Assembly: GCF_030028105.1 (NCBI RefSeq)
Contig: NC_092376.1
Location: 144,768,230 to 144,832,229, forward strand
Length of the DNA stretch: 64,000 nt
DNA from: Mobula birostris
Taxonomy: Eukaryota
Direction of reading: 5' to 3'
Part shown: positions 13,561-26,129 of the stretch, one piece after another
How positions within the stretch are numbered: the first letter of the stretch is position 1
Layout: the number at the start of each line of letters is the position of its first letter
Program-made: the position numbers and the translations under genes
Notes under the pieces: model-generated
What the model saw: the letters and a program-made list of their open reading frames with translations, nothing else
Told to the model about the DNA's origin: nothing
Database searches by the model: none

Positions 13561-15059
13561 TGTGGTTGACCACCTCATATTTCCGACAGTTTTGTGCTTT
13601 GCACACATTAATTTTACATATTTTTCTAGATTTGAGGCTGCCTTATGTGGTAGTTGTTCTACCCATTAAGTAAAATAGCCATATTGAAGCTGAATTCTAC
13701 TCCACCCCCACACACCCCCCCAATCACTGAAATAGCTATTTTCTGCTAACAACATTTGCTCTTTAAGGCAGTATCAAAGGATTCTTCCTGCCCTTGGGTG
13801 CTTGTAAAGAACTGGTAACAGTCAACAGTTTCATTTCTGAACAGATTGTAGTGTGCCTATGATACATCTAAATACACTCTCCCAAGTCTCATTTGACAGC
13901 TTTATCTGAGGTTCAATCATCTCCTCTGGTAACCACTGGAGGTACAATAACAGGTTTGCTTTCATCTGATCTGGTTGCTCTGCCATAGCTAGCTCAACAC
14001 AGAAGGTAAACTTTACCCTCTGTCATCTGCATTCTTTAAACAGATTACTTGTCAGGAAATTTAGCATCTTTTATTTGTTCCATAGTGTATCATTTTAATC
14101 AAGTTACACAGCTTTCTGTATCTTGGTGAACATCCATGTCTTAACTCAACTGTAAGTCAGTCATAGTCTTTATCAAATACTGATTAATTTTGATTGCAGT
14201 CTACAGAATTTCAAGATAATTCCTAGACGAGATTCAATATGACCGATTTAATTTCACAAAATATAGGAAGATCATCACGATTGTGTGTAGGCTTGAAGAA
14301 AAGGACATTTGGCTGATCTGATTTTATCTTTCCTTTTGATTTTCTCTGGAGGTTTCTTAAAAGTACTCTATTGTACTGGCACTTACTGGTAATTTGCTCT
14401 AGCTGTCAATTATCCTCTATGTAAGCAATCATTCTCTGTTCACAACTTGGTACTTGTACTCCCTTGACCAATTTCAAGAGAAATTTGAATATATTGCTTT
14501 TCATTCATGTTTGTAAACACTACTATGTACTTTATATAACTTATCATTTTAAGGTGTTGTTTTCAAATTAAAAATCCCAGCTTATTAAGTTACTCTCATG
14601 TTGCGTCAACAATCTAAAAGTGAAAACTGACCTCTGGATAAAATCTCAACAAATGTATTACATAACTTTAGCATAACCGCCAGGAGTTCTTAGCAAACAA
14701 AGCAAACAAATTTTGTTTACTGCCACCTCAGTGAACAATTAGTCAAAGCAACTGAGACAGACAAGCTTTACCACCCATAGATTTCATGAAGCTGCAAATT
14801 TTACATTTAATACAGAATACTTCACATTTGCACAAACTGAAATTCATGATGCTTATAAAATTAATACTGATAAGCCAAAACAAGAACTACTTGTTGTGCC
14901 AAATTGTACCACATGGTTTACGCAAACTTGTAAATGATTGCTTGTCATTATTCAGACTTAGGAAAGTGATGATTTTCATAGGTAGTATTAACAAGTCTGA
15001 AGTATTGCGGAAATTTGGTAGATCGGGTTAGCTATTTGCAACACCGCAGACATAAAACT

Positions 15060-15905
15060 GAAAGAAGAGAAGTGCCTTTTCAAGATACAAGGTACAGATA
15101 CAAGAAGCTTCATCTGAAGGTGCATCAAGGTCAGAAATCCAAATATACAGACTGCACGAAAGACTTATATTGTCATACATAAAGAACAGAAATGACAGCA
15201 AGACTGATTCATCAAAGCAATATCTCAGTTGCTCACAAACCGACTGCAACTTTGATGAGGAAACTATTAAAACTGAAAGCGCAATAAAATGTGACTGATA
15301 GAACAAACAGTATCTACAAAATCCAGTGTAGTGAGTATGACAAGTACTACGTTGGTCAAACGTGAAGAACCAGGCTACACAAGCATCAGCTAGCAAGCAG
15401 AAGGCACAACCCACAACCCACTCTCGCTAGGATCAGCTCATGAAAATGAAGAAGGATGTCACTTCAACCGGATGACAACAAGAGTCTTGACTCAAGTAAA
15501 AACAAGGAAAGAATGAGAAGTTCTCACAGCGTGGTTCTCTATGGAAATATGCATCAGCAAACACATCAACATGAATTTTGTATATGAACCCTTACAGAGA
15601 AAAGAGAAACAATGACATAAACAATCAACGAATTGCCAGTAATCTCAGGATCCAGACAGCGAAAAAAACACTTCCAATGGGCCTCAAAGCTAGTCAATCA
15701 GAATCTTCTACTGCTTAACTGTTCACAGCATTTTGAAGCAGCCAACCTGATTATGACATCTAATTAATATCCATTTGGACCCCAGAGGGGTATATAAGCC
15801 GGCATTCTGAGGAGACAACATCTTCAACAACTACTGATGATGGCTTCTTGATTGAAGCTGAAACATTTGCAAACATTTTGCCTAGCTCGGCGATCAACCA
15901 AACTC
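15060..15905 (+). mobile_element. Penelope-like element, second family: GIY-YIG endonuclease remnant plus 3' terminal repeat
   Basis: IYKIQCSEYDKYYVGQT at 15312-15362, preceded by SVAHKPTATL. A TATATAA at 15791, a hammerhead core at 15834 and an end motif ctagctcggcga follow. Confidence 0.8.
15830..15872 (+). ncRNA. Penelope-associated minimal hammerhead ribozyme (partly decayed)
   Basis: CTGATGA (15834-15840), T, helix II GGCTTC/GAAGCT around TTGATT, then GAAAC-ATT. Helix I is weak. Confidence 0.6.
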
Positions 15906-16159
15906 CCAAAAAGTATCAACAAGTGTAACTTTATTTATACTTTTGAAGCTCTTGAACCAACTTATGCAAGTATAAAACCACAGAATTCACAAAAACTTTT
16001 TTAGATTTTTCATTATTTAAGAATAGGAAATCTAGTAATGACTGTTCAGTGCTTCATTGTAACAAGTATATCGAACGTTTATATCCTGTCACAATTTTAA
16101 TCTTGGATATTTGGATTTGTTCTTGTATGTTCACAAAAATGACAGAAAAGGTGCTGTTG

Positions 16160-16695
16160 CAAGAACAGAATTATGTGGTCACCTACCTACAGAAAAGATG
16201 CAAGTAAGATTTAAAGAGTGAAAAGGTAATTAACAAGGATGTTGGAAGGATTTGAGAACATGAGTTATAGGGAAAGGTTGAATAGGCTAGGACTTTATTC
16301 CTTAGAGCATAGGAGAATGAGGGGAGATTTGATAGAGGTATATAAAATTATGAGGGTACAGATAGGGTAAATGTAAGCAGGCTTTTTCCACTGAGGTTGG
16401 ATGAGACTACAACAGGTGGCCATGAGTTAAGGGTGAAACATGAAATGTTTAAGAGGAACATGGGGGGAACTTCTTCACGCAAAGGGTGGTGAGAGTGTGG
16501 AAATAAGCTGCCCACAATAAGTGCTGGATGCAGGGTCAATTTCAACATTTAAGAGAAATTTGGATCGGTACATGGATGAGAGGGGTATGGAAGGCTATGT
16601 TCCAGGTCAATGGGACTAGGTAGGATAATGATTCAGCACAGTCTAGATGGAGCGAAGGGCCTTTTTCTGTGCTACAGTGTTCTATGACTCTATGT
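16160..16695 (+). mobile_element. CR1-type LINE 3' fragment
   Basis: RMRGDLIEVYKIMRG.DRVN-type coding remnant and a ttctatgactctatg tail. Confidence 0.85.
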
Positions 16696-17017
16696 TGTTA
16701 ATGTATTTGTATAAAGACAACAGGTATTGCCTGTAACCATGACCCTCATCCAAATGTAGCTGTTCTTCACGCTTTCTGTACCAGGAACATCTATTGTGAG
16801 GATACTCCTCAAGTGCCCCATCCCAATAGCTGAAGAACTGCTCGAAAAATCAATGTAAATGCATCAAGGATGCAGTCTTCAATGGAAGAAGCAAAGGGTA
16901 ACATCAATCACTATATTTGGACACATAATTTTGATTGACTGTAAATTAAGAGAAAAAATGAAGAATCTTTTTAAAATTTGTTTGCTGCATAGGACAGATT
17001 GAAAGCCATTATCTTAC

Positions 17018-17070
17018 CAAATGAATCCTGCGCAGTAAATCCAAGTACAATCAGAGGTCAAATAAATCAT
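17018..17070 (-). CDS. Weak candidate start-codon exon of an unidentified host gene (MIYLTSDCTWIYCAGFI-)
   Basis: Unique sequence. Acceptor ttttccacctttcctgtag ends at 17141, ATG at 17070, donor TTG|GTAAGA at 17017. Not recognised. Confidence 0.25.
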
Positions 17071-17204
17071 AACTTTTCTCAGTTTTTCTTGTCACAACAA
17101 TAATGTCACATCTGCACCTTCGCACAAGAATAGAGTTAATCTACAGGAAAGGTGGAAAACATTGAGCTGTAATACACAGAGGAAACCTGCATTTACCCTT
17201 ATTA

Positions 17205-17740
17205 AGATGATGGATAGCATTCTGACAGGCTGCATCACTGTCTGATATGGAGGGGCTACTGCACAGGACTGAAAGAAGCTGCAGACGGTTGTAAATCTAG
17301 TCAGCTCCATCTTGGGTACTAGCCTACAAAGTACCCAGGACATCTTTAGGGAGCAGTGTCTCAGAAAGGCAGCATCCATTATTAAGGACCTCCAGCACCC
17401 AGGGCATGCCCTTTTCTCACTGTCACCATCAGGTAGGAGGTACAGAAGCCTGAAGGCACACACTCAGTGATTCAACAACAGCTCCTTCCCCTCCGCCATC
17501 CGATTCCTAAATGGACCTATGGACACTACCTCAGTTTTTTTTAAATACACAGTATTTCTGTTTTTTACATGCTTTTTAAATCTATTCAATATACATGATT
17601 GATTTACTTGTTTATTTATTATTATTATTTTTATTTTTTTTTCCTCTGTGCTGGATTATGTATTGCATTGAACTGCTGCTGCTAAGTTAACAAATTTCAC
17701 GTCACATGCCGGTGATAATAAACCTGATTCTGATTCTGAT
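17205..17740 (+). mobile_element. Rex1-type LINE 3' fragment
   Basis: SILTGCITV..G, IIKDLQHPGHALFSLSPSGRRYRS; ends AATAAACCTGATTCTGATTCTGAT. Confidence 0.85.
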
Positions 17741-18345
17741 GTGCTCTAAGTTATGTCAGTTCTTTCACTGAAGTGTGGAGAATGAGACGTGCTCTAATCA
17801 AGCAACCAGAAATGTTCTTCCAGTCCCTTCTGCACAACATCATAAAAACCATGGCAAGCCCTAGAAAACCTGATCTTTTTCTATATCTGGAAAGACACCT
17901 CTCAAAGTTTACTGTGAGGTTTAATGCTTCAGCACAAACCTTTTTTGACGATCAAGACATCAAGCCTGCTCCCATTGGTGGTTTACTGGGCAACAGTGAA
18001 TCTTGCCCTCAAGCATATTTTAGATACATTAATTGCTCAATACATTATCTTTAAAAATTCACTGACCTGATTAGCAAACCGTTCAACGTACACTTCCATG
18101 CCAATGTAGGCAACCCTCATAACATTCAGTCAGATCAAATGAGCGAGCCACATCATTTTCACGCCTGTAACCAGACTTCAGAAACAGACTGGCTGAGCTC
18201 TCTCAGCAAGAAATTAATAGAACAAAGGAACTAACTCACTACCTATACATCCCACCCACCCAGGTCATTGGACATCTGTGGAAGAGTCTGTAAGTACCAC
18301 ATTCACTGAGCTCAGAAACACAGGAGAAGCAAGCCATCTTCAATT

Positions 18346-21300
18346 CCATAAGACCATAAGACATAGGAGCAGAATTAGGCCATCTGGCCCATTGAGTCTA
18401 CTCCACCATTCAAACATGGCTGATTCTTTTTTTACTCCTCCTCAACCCCAGTTCCCGGTCTTCTCCCCATAACCTTTGATGCCATGTCCAGTCAAGAACC
18501 TATCAACCTCTGCCTTAATTCACCCAAAGACCTGGCTTCCACAGCTGCATGTGGTAACAAATTCCACAAGTTCACCACCCTTTGGCTAAAGAAATTTCTC
18601 TGCATCTCTGTTTTGAAAGGGTGCCCCTCTATCCTGAGGCTGTGCCCTCTTGTCCTAGACTCTCCCACCATGGGAAACATCCTTTCCACATCTATTCTGT
18701 CATATTCTTTCAATATTCAAAAGATTTCAATGAGATCTCCTCCTCATCCTTCTGAATTCCAGCGAGTACAGACCCAGAGCCATCAAACGTTCCTTGTTTG
18801 ATAACTTTTTCATTCCTGGAATCATCCTTGCGAACCTCCTCTGGACCCTCTCCAATGCCAGCACATCTTTTCTAAGATGAGGGGCCCAAAGCTGTTCACA
18901 ATACTCAAGATGAGGCCTCACCAGTGCCTCATAAAGCCTCAGCATCACATCCTTGCTTTTGTATTCTAGACCTCTTGAAATGAATGCTAACATGGCATTT
19001 GCCTTCCTTACCACAGTCAACCTGCAAGTTAACCCTTAGGGTGTTCTGCACAAGGACTCAGAACTCCCTTTGCATCTCAGATTTTTGGATTTTCTCCCCA
19101 TTTAGAAAATAGTCTCACATTTATTTCCACTACCAAAGTGCATGACCATGCATTTTCCAACACTGTATTTCATTTGCCACTTTCTTGCCCATTCTCATAA
19201 TCCATAAGATATAGGAGCAGAAGTAGGCCATTCAGCCCATCGAGTCTGCTCCGCCATTCAGTCATGGGCTGATCCAATTCTTCCAGTCATCTCCATCCCC
19301 CTACTTTCACCCCATACCCCTTGATGTCCTGGCTAATTAAGAACCTATCTATCTCTGCCTAAAATGCACCCAATGACTTGGCCTCCACAGCTGCTTGTGG
19401 CAATAAATTCCACAGATTTACCACCCTCTGACTAAAGTAATTTCTCCACATCTCAGTTCTAAAAGGATGTCCTTCAATCCTGAAGTCCAAGAAATAACTT
19501 TGCCATATCTAATCTGTTTAGGCCTTTTAACACTCTGAATGTTCCTCTGAGATCCCCCGTCATTCTCCTGAACTCCAGGGAATACAGCCCAAGAGCTGTT
19601 AGACGTTCCTCATACGGTAACCCTCTCATTCCTGGAATCATTCTCGTGAATTTTTTCTGAACTCTCTCTAATGTCAGTATATCCTTTCTAAAATAAGGAG
19701 CCCAAAACTGCACACAATACTCCAAGTGTGGTCTCTCGAGTGCCTTATAGAGCCTCAACATCACATCCCTGCTCTTATATTCTATACCTCTAGAAATAAA
19801 TGCCAACATTGCATTCACCTTTTTCACAACTGACTCAACCTGAAAGTTAATCTTTAGGGTATCTTGCACAAGGACTCCCAAGTCCCTTTGCATCACTGCA
19901 TTTTAAATTCTCTCCCCATTGAAATAATAGTCTGCCCGTTTATTTCTTCCACCAAAGTGCATGACCATATGCTTTCCCACATCGTATTTCATTTGCCACC
20001 TCTTTGCCCACCTCCAAGTCTCCCTGCAAGCTCTCTGTTTCATCAACACTACCCACTCCTCCACCTATCTTTGTATCATCAGCAAATTTAACCACAAATC
20101 CATTAACACCATAGTCCAAATCATTGACATACATTGTAAAAAGCAGTGGGCCCAACACCAACCCCTGTGGAACTACACTGGTAACTGGCAGCAAGCCAGA
20201 ATAGGATCCCTTTATTCCCACTCTCTGTTTTCTGCCAACCAGCCAATGCTCCACCCACACAAGTAACTTCCCTGGAATTCCATGGGCTCTTATCTTGCTA
20301 AGCAGCCTCATGTGCGGCACCTTGTCAAAGGTCTTCTGAAAATCCAAGTACACCACACCTACTGCATCTCCTTTGTCCACCCTGCTTGTAATTTCCTCAA
20401 AGAATTTCAGTAGGTCTGTCAGGCAGGATTTTCCTTTCAGGAAATTATGTTGGCTTTGGCCTATCTTGTCATGTGCCTCCAGGCACTCCGTAATCTCATC
20501 CCTAACAATCGATTCCAACAACTTCCCAACCGCTGATATTAGGCTAACGGGTCTATTGTTTCCTTTCTGCTATCTCCCACTCTTCTTAAATAGTGGAGTA
20601 ACATTTGCAATTTTCCAGTCATCCAGTATAATGCCAGAATCTATCGATTACTGAAAGATTATTGTTAATGCCTCCACAATTTCTCCAGCTACTTCCTTCA
20701 GAACTCAAGGGTGCATTCCATCAGGTCTATGAGATTTTTCCACCCTCAGACCATTCAGCTTCCTGAGCACCTTCTCAGTTGTAATTTCCACTGCACAAAC
20801 TTCACCTCCCTGACACTCTTGAATGTCTGGTATACTGCAGACGTCTTCCACTGTGAAGACTGATGCAAAATACGCATTCAGTTCCTCTGCCATCTCTGCA
20901 TCTCTCATTACAATATCTCCAGCGTCATTTTGTATTGGTTCTATGTCTACCTTCGACTCTCTTTTACCCCTTATATAGTTAATAAAGCTTTTAGTATCTT
21001 CTTTGATATTAGTCACCAGCTTCCTCTCATAATTCATCTTTTCCTTCCAAATGACCTTCTTAGTTTCCTTCTGCAAGTCTTTAAAAGCTCCCCTATCCTC
21101 TATCTTCCTACTAGCTCTGGCTTCCTCGTATGCCCTCTCTTTTTGCTTGTACTTTGGCTCTGTCTTCACTTGTCAGCCATGGTAGAGCCCTTCTTCCCTT
21201 TGAAAATTTCTTCTTATTTGGAATATATCTGCCTTGTAATTCCTTCATTTTTCACAGAAACTCCAGCCATTGCTGCTCTGCTGTCTTTCCTGCAAATGTC

Positions 21301-21975
21301 CCTTTCCAGTCAACTCTGGCCAGTTCCCCTCTCATGCCACTGTAATTTGCTTTATTTCACTGAAATACAGACACATTGGATTTTATTTTTCCCTCTCAAA
21401 TTTCTAAGTCCTTCTGCATCTTACCTGTTTCCTCAACACTACCTGCCCCACCACCAATCTTCATATCATCTGCAAACTTGGTAACACAGTCATCTAGTCC
21501 ATCATCTAAATCTTTTATGTACAGCATAAAAAGAAGTGGTCCCAACACCAACCCCTGCAGAACACTACTAGTCACTGGCAACCAACCAGAAAAGGATCCT
21601 TCTATTCCCACTCATTACCTCCTACCAATCAGCCAATGCTCTAACCATGTTAGTAACTTTCCTGTAATACCATGGGCTCTTAACTTGGTAAGCAGCCTCA
21701 TATATGGCACCTTCTCAAAGGCCTTCTGAAAGTCCAAATATACGACATCCACTGCATCCCCCTTATCTATCCTCCTTGTAATCTCCTCAAAGAATTCCAA
21801 CAGGTTCATCAGGCAGGAATTTCCCTGAAGGAAACCATGCTGACTTTGTACTATCTTGTCCTGTGTCACCAAGTACTCCATCACCTCGTCTTTAACAATT
21901 GACTCTAACACTTTTCCCAACTACTGAGGTCAGGCTAACTGGTCTATAATTTCCTTTCTATTGCCTTCCTCCTGT
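18346..21975 (-). mobile_element. CR1 LINE (host), split by a second CR1 at about 19202-21400
   Basis: (CCATAAGA)n tail. ORFs 18492-19020 and 21396-21920 are collinear CR1 RT pieces (KFADD, DFQKAF). Confidence 0.9.
19202..21400 (-). mobile_element. Nested 5'-truncated CR1 LINE
   Basis: Has its own 3' tail at 19202. ORFs 19474-19896, 19940-20521 (KFADDTKIGG) and 20705-21169. Confidence 0.9.
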
Positions 21976-24900
21976 CTAAGGGGATTCCAAGGGATTGCTT
22001 GAGACCGAAATACGATTATGAATTCAAGGAGGCAGGCATGGACAACATGGGACTCACTGGACAGACAACTTTCATAATGATACTTCAAAATTAAAAAATC
22101 TAATAAAAACTTTGTGATCATCTCCACACCACTAATTCTTTGCACCATAGTTGTGGGATAAATTCAGATGACTCAAAATCTCTTCACATCTGGCTGTGAA
22201 CAGCCACCAGCTCCAAATATAGCATATTAATGAATCATTTCTTCAATTACTTTGATGTTACAACATCTCAGTTCTTTCTGATAATGGCACCTCATATAAA
22301 CTCAGGATCTCTGATTTGCAGGTGTAAACAGTAAAGATTATGTTGTTGTACTGGCAATGTCATAAAGTTTCTTTCAGTACTGTTTTATTGAGTGGAATTC
22401 TCATCTCATGATAGGCTCTTCACATGGTGGTCTGGTAAGCTTCCTGGACCTGCTGACACAGCATACCTTCTTCCGAGCAAGGACTGTTTTGACAAAGATT
22501 TTGAAGTCTCTTTTGGTGAACGTGGGATCTACTCCTCCCCCTCCCTCCCATTGCTGCCAAAATGAATGTTACTGCTGTGAGTCTGCCATAAGGATTATCA
22601 TTCGAGCAAAGTGTCAGACACACAAAATTGGACGAGGTTTTGTTGTGGGAATCACACAGGTCCCATTTTACCATATCTAGTGTTTCAAATTGGATTGCAG
22701 CTAATTGACATATTTTTTGTAGGAGCATCTAATGGATTCGAGGCCAAGCATGTTCTGATGCTCCAAAAATGGGCACAATTCTGGTGAATTGATATTTCAA
22801 CTCATGACAATTTCAAGGCAAGTGTGCAGTAAAGATTATACAGAGTAAAGATTAATTAAAATTAAAGTGTCAAGAAATTCATTCCTGGTCAATTGTGCTA
22901 AATAATTGTGATTCTATGTTCTACTCCAGATATTAAATTTGGTTCCTTGGAAGCCAGTGAAGTAGAACATGCAATCGTTATGTTAGTTAGCGTGGGATTT
23001 ATTCCACCCCCATCTCACACATAGTAACATGCCCATGCTTATTTTGAAAGAAAAATCTCTGTAAAATCAGAAGTGCTAACAGCTTTTGCAATCAGCTGAA
23101 GTGTCAACAAGACGATTAGCAACCTTTTGGTTACAGTGAATCGTATACACCAACCCTCCAGCAGCTGAACAATCTCTAGGGGAAACCATAATAATATTAA
23201 TCCATATATTTGCTCATTTCAAAGATAAGCCATTTAATTTAAAACAAAAACCTTTCTCAACATTTCCTTGCCATCTTTAATTCTTTCCTGTGTACCACAG
23301 TAGTCATCATACATGTGCCAGGACTCGACCCCTATATTTGCAGTCTTTCCATTTCCTCACTACACTCCAACTTTCTCTTCTCAGTTAATAGTATTAAGTC
23401 CAAACCATTTAATGGCAATATTTTCATTTAAATGTAAATCAGCATGAAAAGATAAAGACTCATAATACAGGGAACTATCAGGATTACAGAAAATTAAAGA
23501 AGTGACTGAGAAATAGGATGTTAAAATCACAAACGTTGCAGGACTGAACGAAATAGGCATATTCACAGTCCTGTTAGAAAGCATAGAGCTGGAGTTGTTA
23601 TACAGCAAAGGTGCAAGGTGATGGAAGTCACTTTAGAAGAGCATTGTTTTTGCATTGAAAGGAACAGTGTCACTTGATGAGAAATTCTGCTCCAAGCTTG
23701 TCTGCTGGATTTAGTAATTCATTTGTTCATCCACCGGTTTTATGGAAAAGTAACTACTGAGCCAAGAAAGACTTCAATTGACAGTGTTATGGGGACAACA
23801 CTTTGTTAATGGTTTGTGTCTAGTAGGATAAACAAAAAAATCATGGATGTTAGGAAGGAGACAGGAAGACTCTTCATGGAAATGCCCAAAATAAATAGAA
23901 GAAAAAGAAATCAGAGGACTAGCCAAATAAAACTGTAGAAATAAAACTATCAAATTGAATATTGCTGAATATCTGTCAGTTAATCTACTGACATGCAGAA
24001 AGATCACCAGGAGCAACTTAATAAGCAGAGAATTTGCAGTTACCCATTCAGGGCAGCTGTGGTTTATGTGCTGACTTTGGCCTATTTACCATGAGCCTCC
24101 AAAGTACCTGAAACCCTCATCCTTATAATGAACTCCAACATCTTACCAACCACTGAAGTCAGGCTAACTGCCCTATAAATGTTGCTATAGTATCTACTTC
24201 CTTTGTGGCACATTTCATGTACCCCTCCTCCAACTCAGTGTATTAAAAAAAAACTCACCCCTTCCCTACTCATGCCCACCATAATAACCTACTCATTCTG
24301 GCACTTGACACTTCCATACTGGAAAAAAGATTCTACCCTATCAATGCCATTTCTTTAGTGAACTTGACAAAATATCAAAACGCTTTACATTGAGCATAGC
24401 CACATTTATGTTGCTGGATTTCACACCCTCAGAATTTATACAGCTCGCAACAAAGCACATAACAAAATGATGGCGTTTACCAAGACAAATTGAGAGAATC
24501 CACAACATTCAGGTCAACAATTTTACATTCACTTTACAGTTCATATACCTTGCTAAAAAATCTGACAATATAAAGTGCAATGTGCAATGCAAAGCCCTAT
24601 GTTATAGATCTAGATCTGTAATCATTGGGAATATATCTCCCCCTCCAAGATGCAAATGAGAATTATAGATACATATCTTCCAAACTAAAATAGTGCTAAA
24701 GATACAAACTTCCACCTGCAGTTTTATGCAATATATTATGTTGAACTTTCAAACAGAACAAAATTTAAGTTTCTAAGCAGCACTTAATGAATTCACTAAT
24801 TAGCTTCTCAGCATTCTGCCTCCCCTCACCACTTCCCCCAACCTAACAGGGATGTGAAACTATTTAAAGCAATGATTACACCTTCATTGATAAAAGTCGC

Positions 24901-25159
24901 TCATTCTGCCAATTTTACACAAATGCTTACTTTATGGTGCTATCTTTCCACTGGTCATATTTCAAAATATGAGATGTTGGAAAAGAAGAATTGACCTTGA
25001 TCACAATTCTACTTAATTTAGAAAAGCAAATGAAAACACTTCCTGCTTCCTCAATATCGAGCTGAAAGTACAAAGATGTTCAAGGAATTCTTTTCCAATG
25101 CATTATTGCTAAATGACATTTGTAAATCTTTAATTCTAAAACCATATTTATATGATAAT

Positions 25160-25262
25160 CAAGCAACACACACAAAATGCTGGTGGAACGCAGCAGGCCA
25201 GACAGCATCCATAGGAAGAAGCACAGTCGACGTTTCAGGCCGAAACCCTTCGTCAGGACTGG
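25160..25262 (-). mobile_element. Penelope-like terminal-repeat fragment
   Basis: Closely similar to the terminal repeat of the GIY-YIG-bearing copy at 48562-49238. Confidence 0.8.
25224..25261 (-). ncRNA. Intact minimal type I hammerhead ribozyme
   Basis: The minus strand reads CAGUC-CUGACGA-A-GGGU(UUCG)GCCU-GAAA-C-GUC^-GACUG. It has a 5-bp helix I, a complete core, helix II, and the palindrome ACGU in place of helix III. Confidence 0.8.
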
Positions 25263-25569
25263 TATGATAATGATTTTCATTACATGATAATAAAATGTTA
25301 CTTGATTTTTTTTGCATGACAAAACCCTCACAGAAGTATAAAATAGAAGCATGTACATTTTTTTTGTACCAGAGAAAACTATTGCCTTGACTTACCAGCA
25401 CAGCCCTGTTTCTTGTTATTCCCTACAATGCAGGGAATCTGTTTTTGCTACTTGCTATTAACAGCTAATTACAAGTACAAAAAGCACTTTCAATTCAGCT
25501 ATTCATCTGAAACTGGTCTTAGCCAAGTCATTTTAAATGTACTTCATAATAAAAAAAAGGCAGCCATTC

Positions 25570-26125
25570 AGTGGAAAGACTGCATGCTGGTTCTCAGAAC
25601 AAAGCAGCATTGGTCAGATTGCACTTGGAGTTTTGGGAGCAGTTCTAGGCCCTTATCAAAGAAAGGATGTGCTGGTGTTGGAGAAGCTTCCCAACAGTGA
25701 TTCAGAGAATGAAAGGTTTATCATATGAGGAGCATTTGATGATTCTGGGTCTGTACTCGCTGAAGGTTAAAGTGGATCTCATTGAAAGCTATTGAATATT
25801 GAAAGGACTAGATAGAGTGGATGTGGAGAGAATGTTTCCGATAGTGGGGAGGTCCTGGACCAGAGGGCACAGGTTAGAATAGAAGGATGTCTACTTAGAA
25901 CAGAGATGAGGAGGAAGTTCTTTAGCCAGGGGGTGGTGAATCTATGGAACTCATTGCCATAGATACTTGTAGAGATCAAGTCATTGGGTACATATAAAGC
26001 AGTGGCTGATAAACTCTTGATAGTAAAGCTGCCAAAGGTCACTAAAAAAAAAAGCAGGAGAAGGAGATTGAGAGGGATAATAAATCAGTCATGATGGAAT
26101 AACAGAGTAGACTCGATGGACCAAA
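25570..26125 (+). mobile_element. CR1 LINE 3' fragment
   Basis: LKGLDRVDVERMFPIVG.S.TRGH.LRIEG-type remnant and CR1 3' UTR. Confidence 0.8.
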
Positions 26126-26129
26126 TTGT

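Noticed and set aside
21990-22730. Possible ancient DNA-transposase fossil or host exons (ORFs 22408 and 22420)
   Set aside because: Only faint motif resemblance (DYVVVLAMS); no TIRs or splice structure I can defend.
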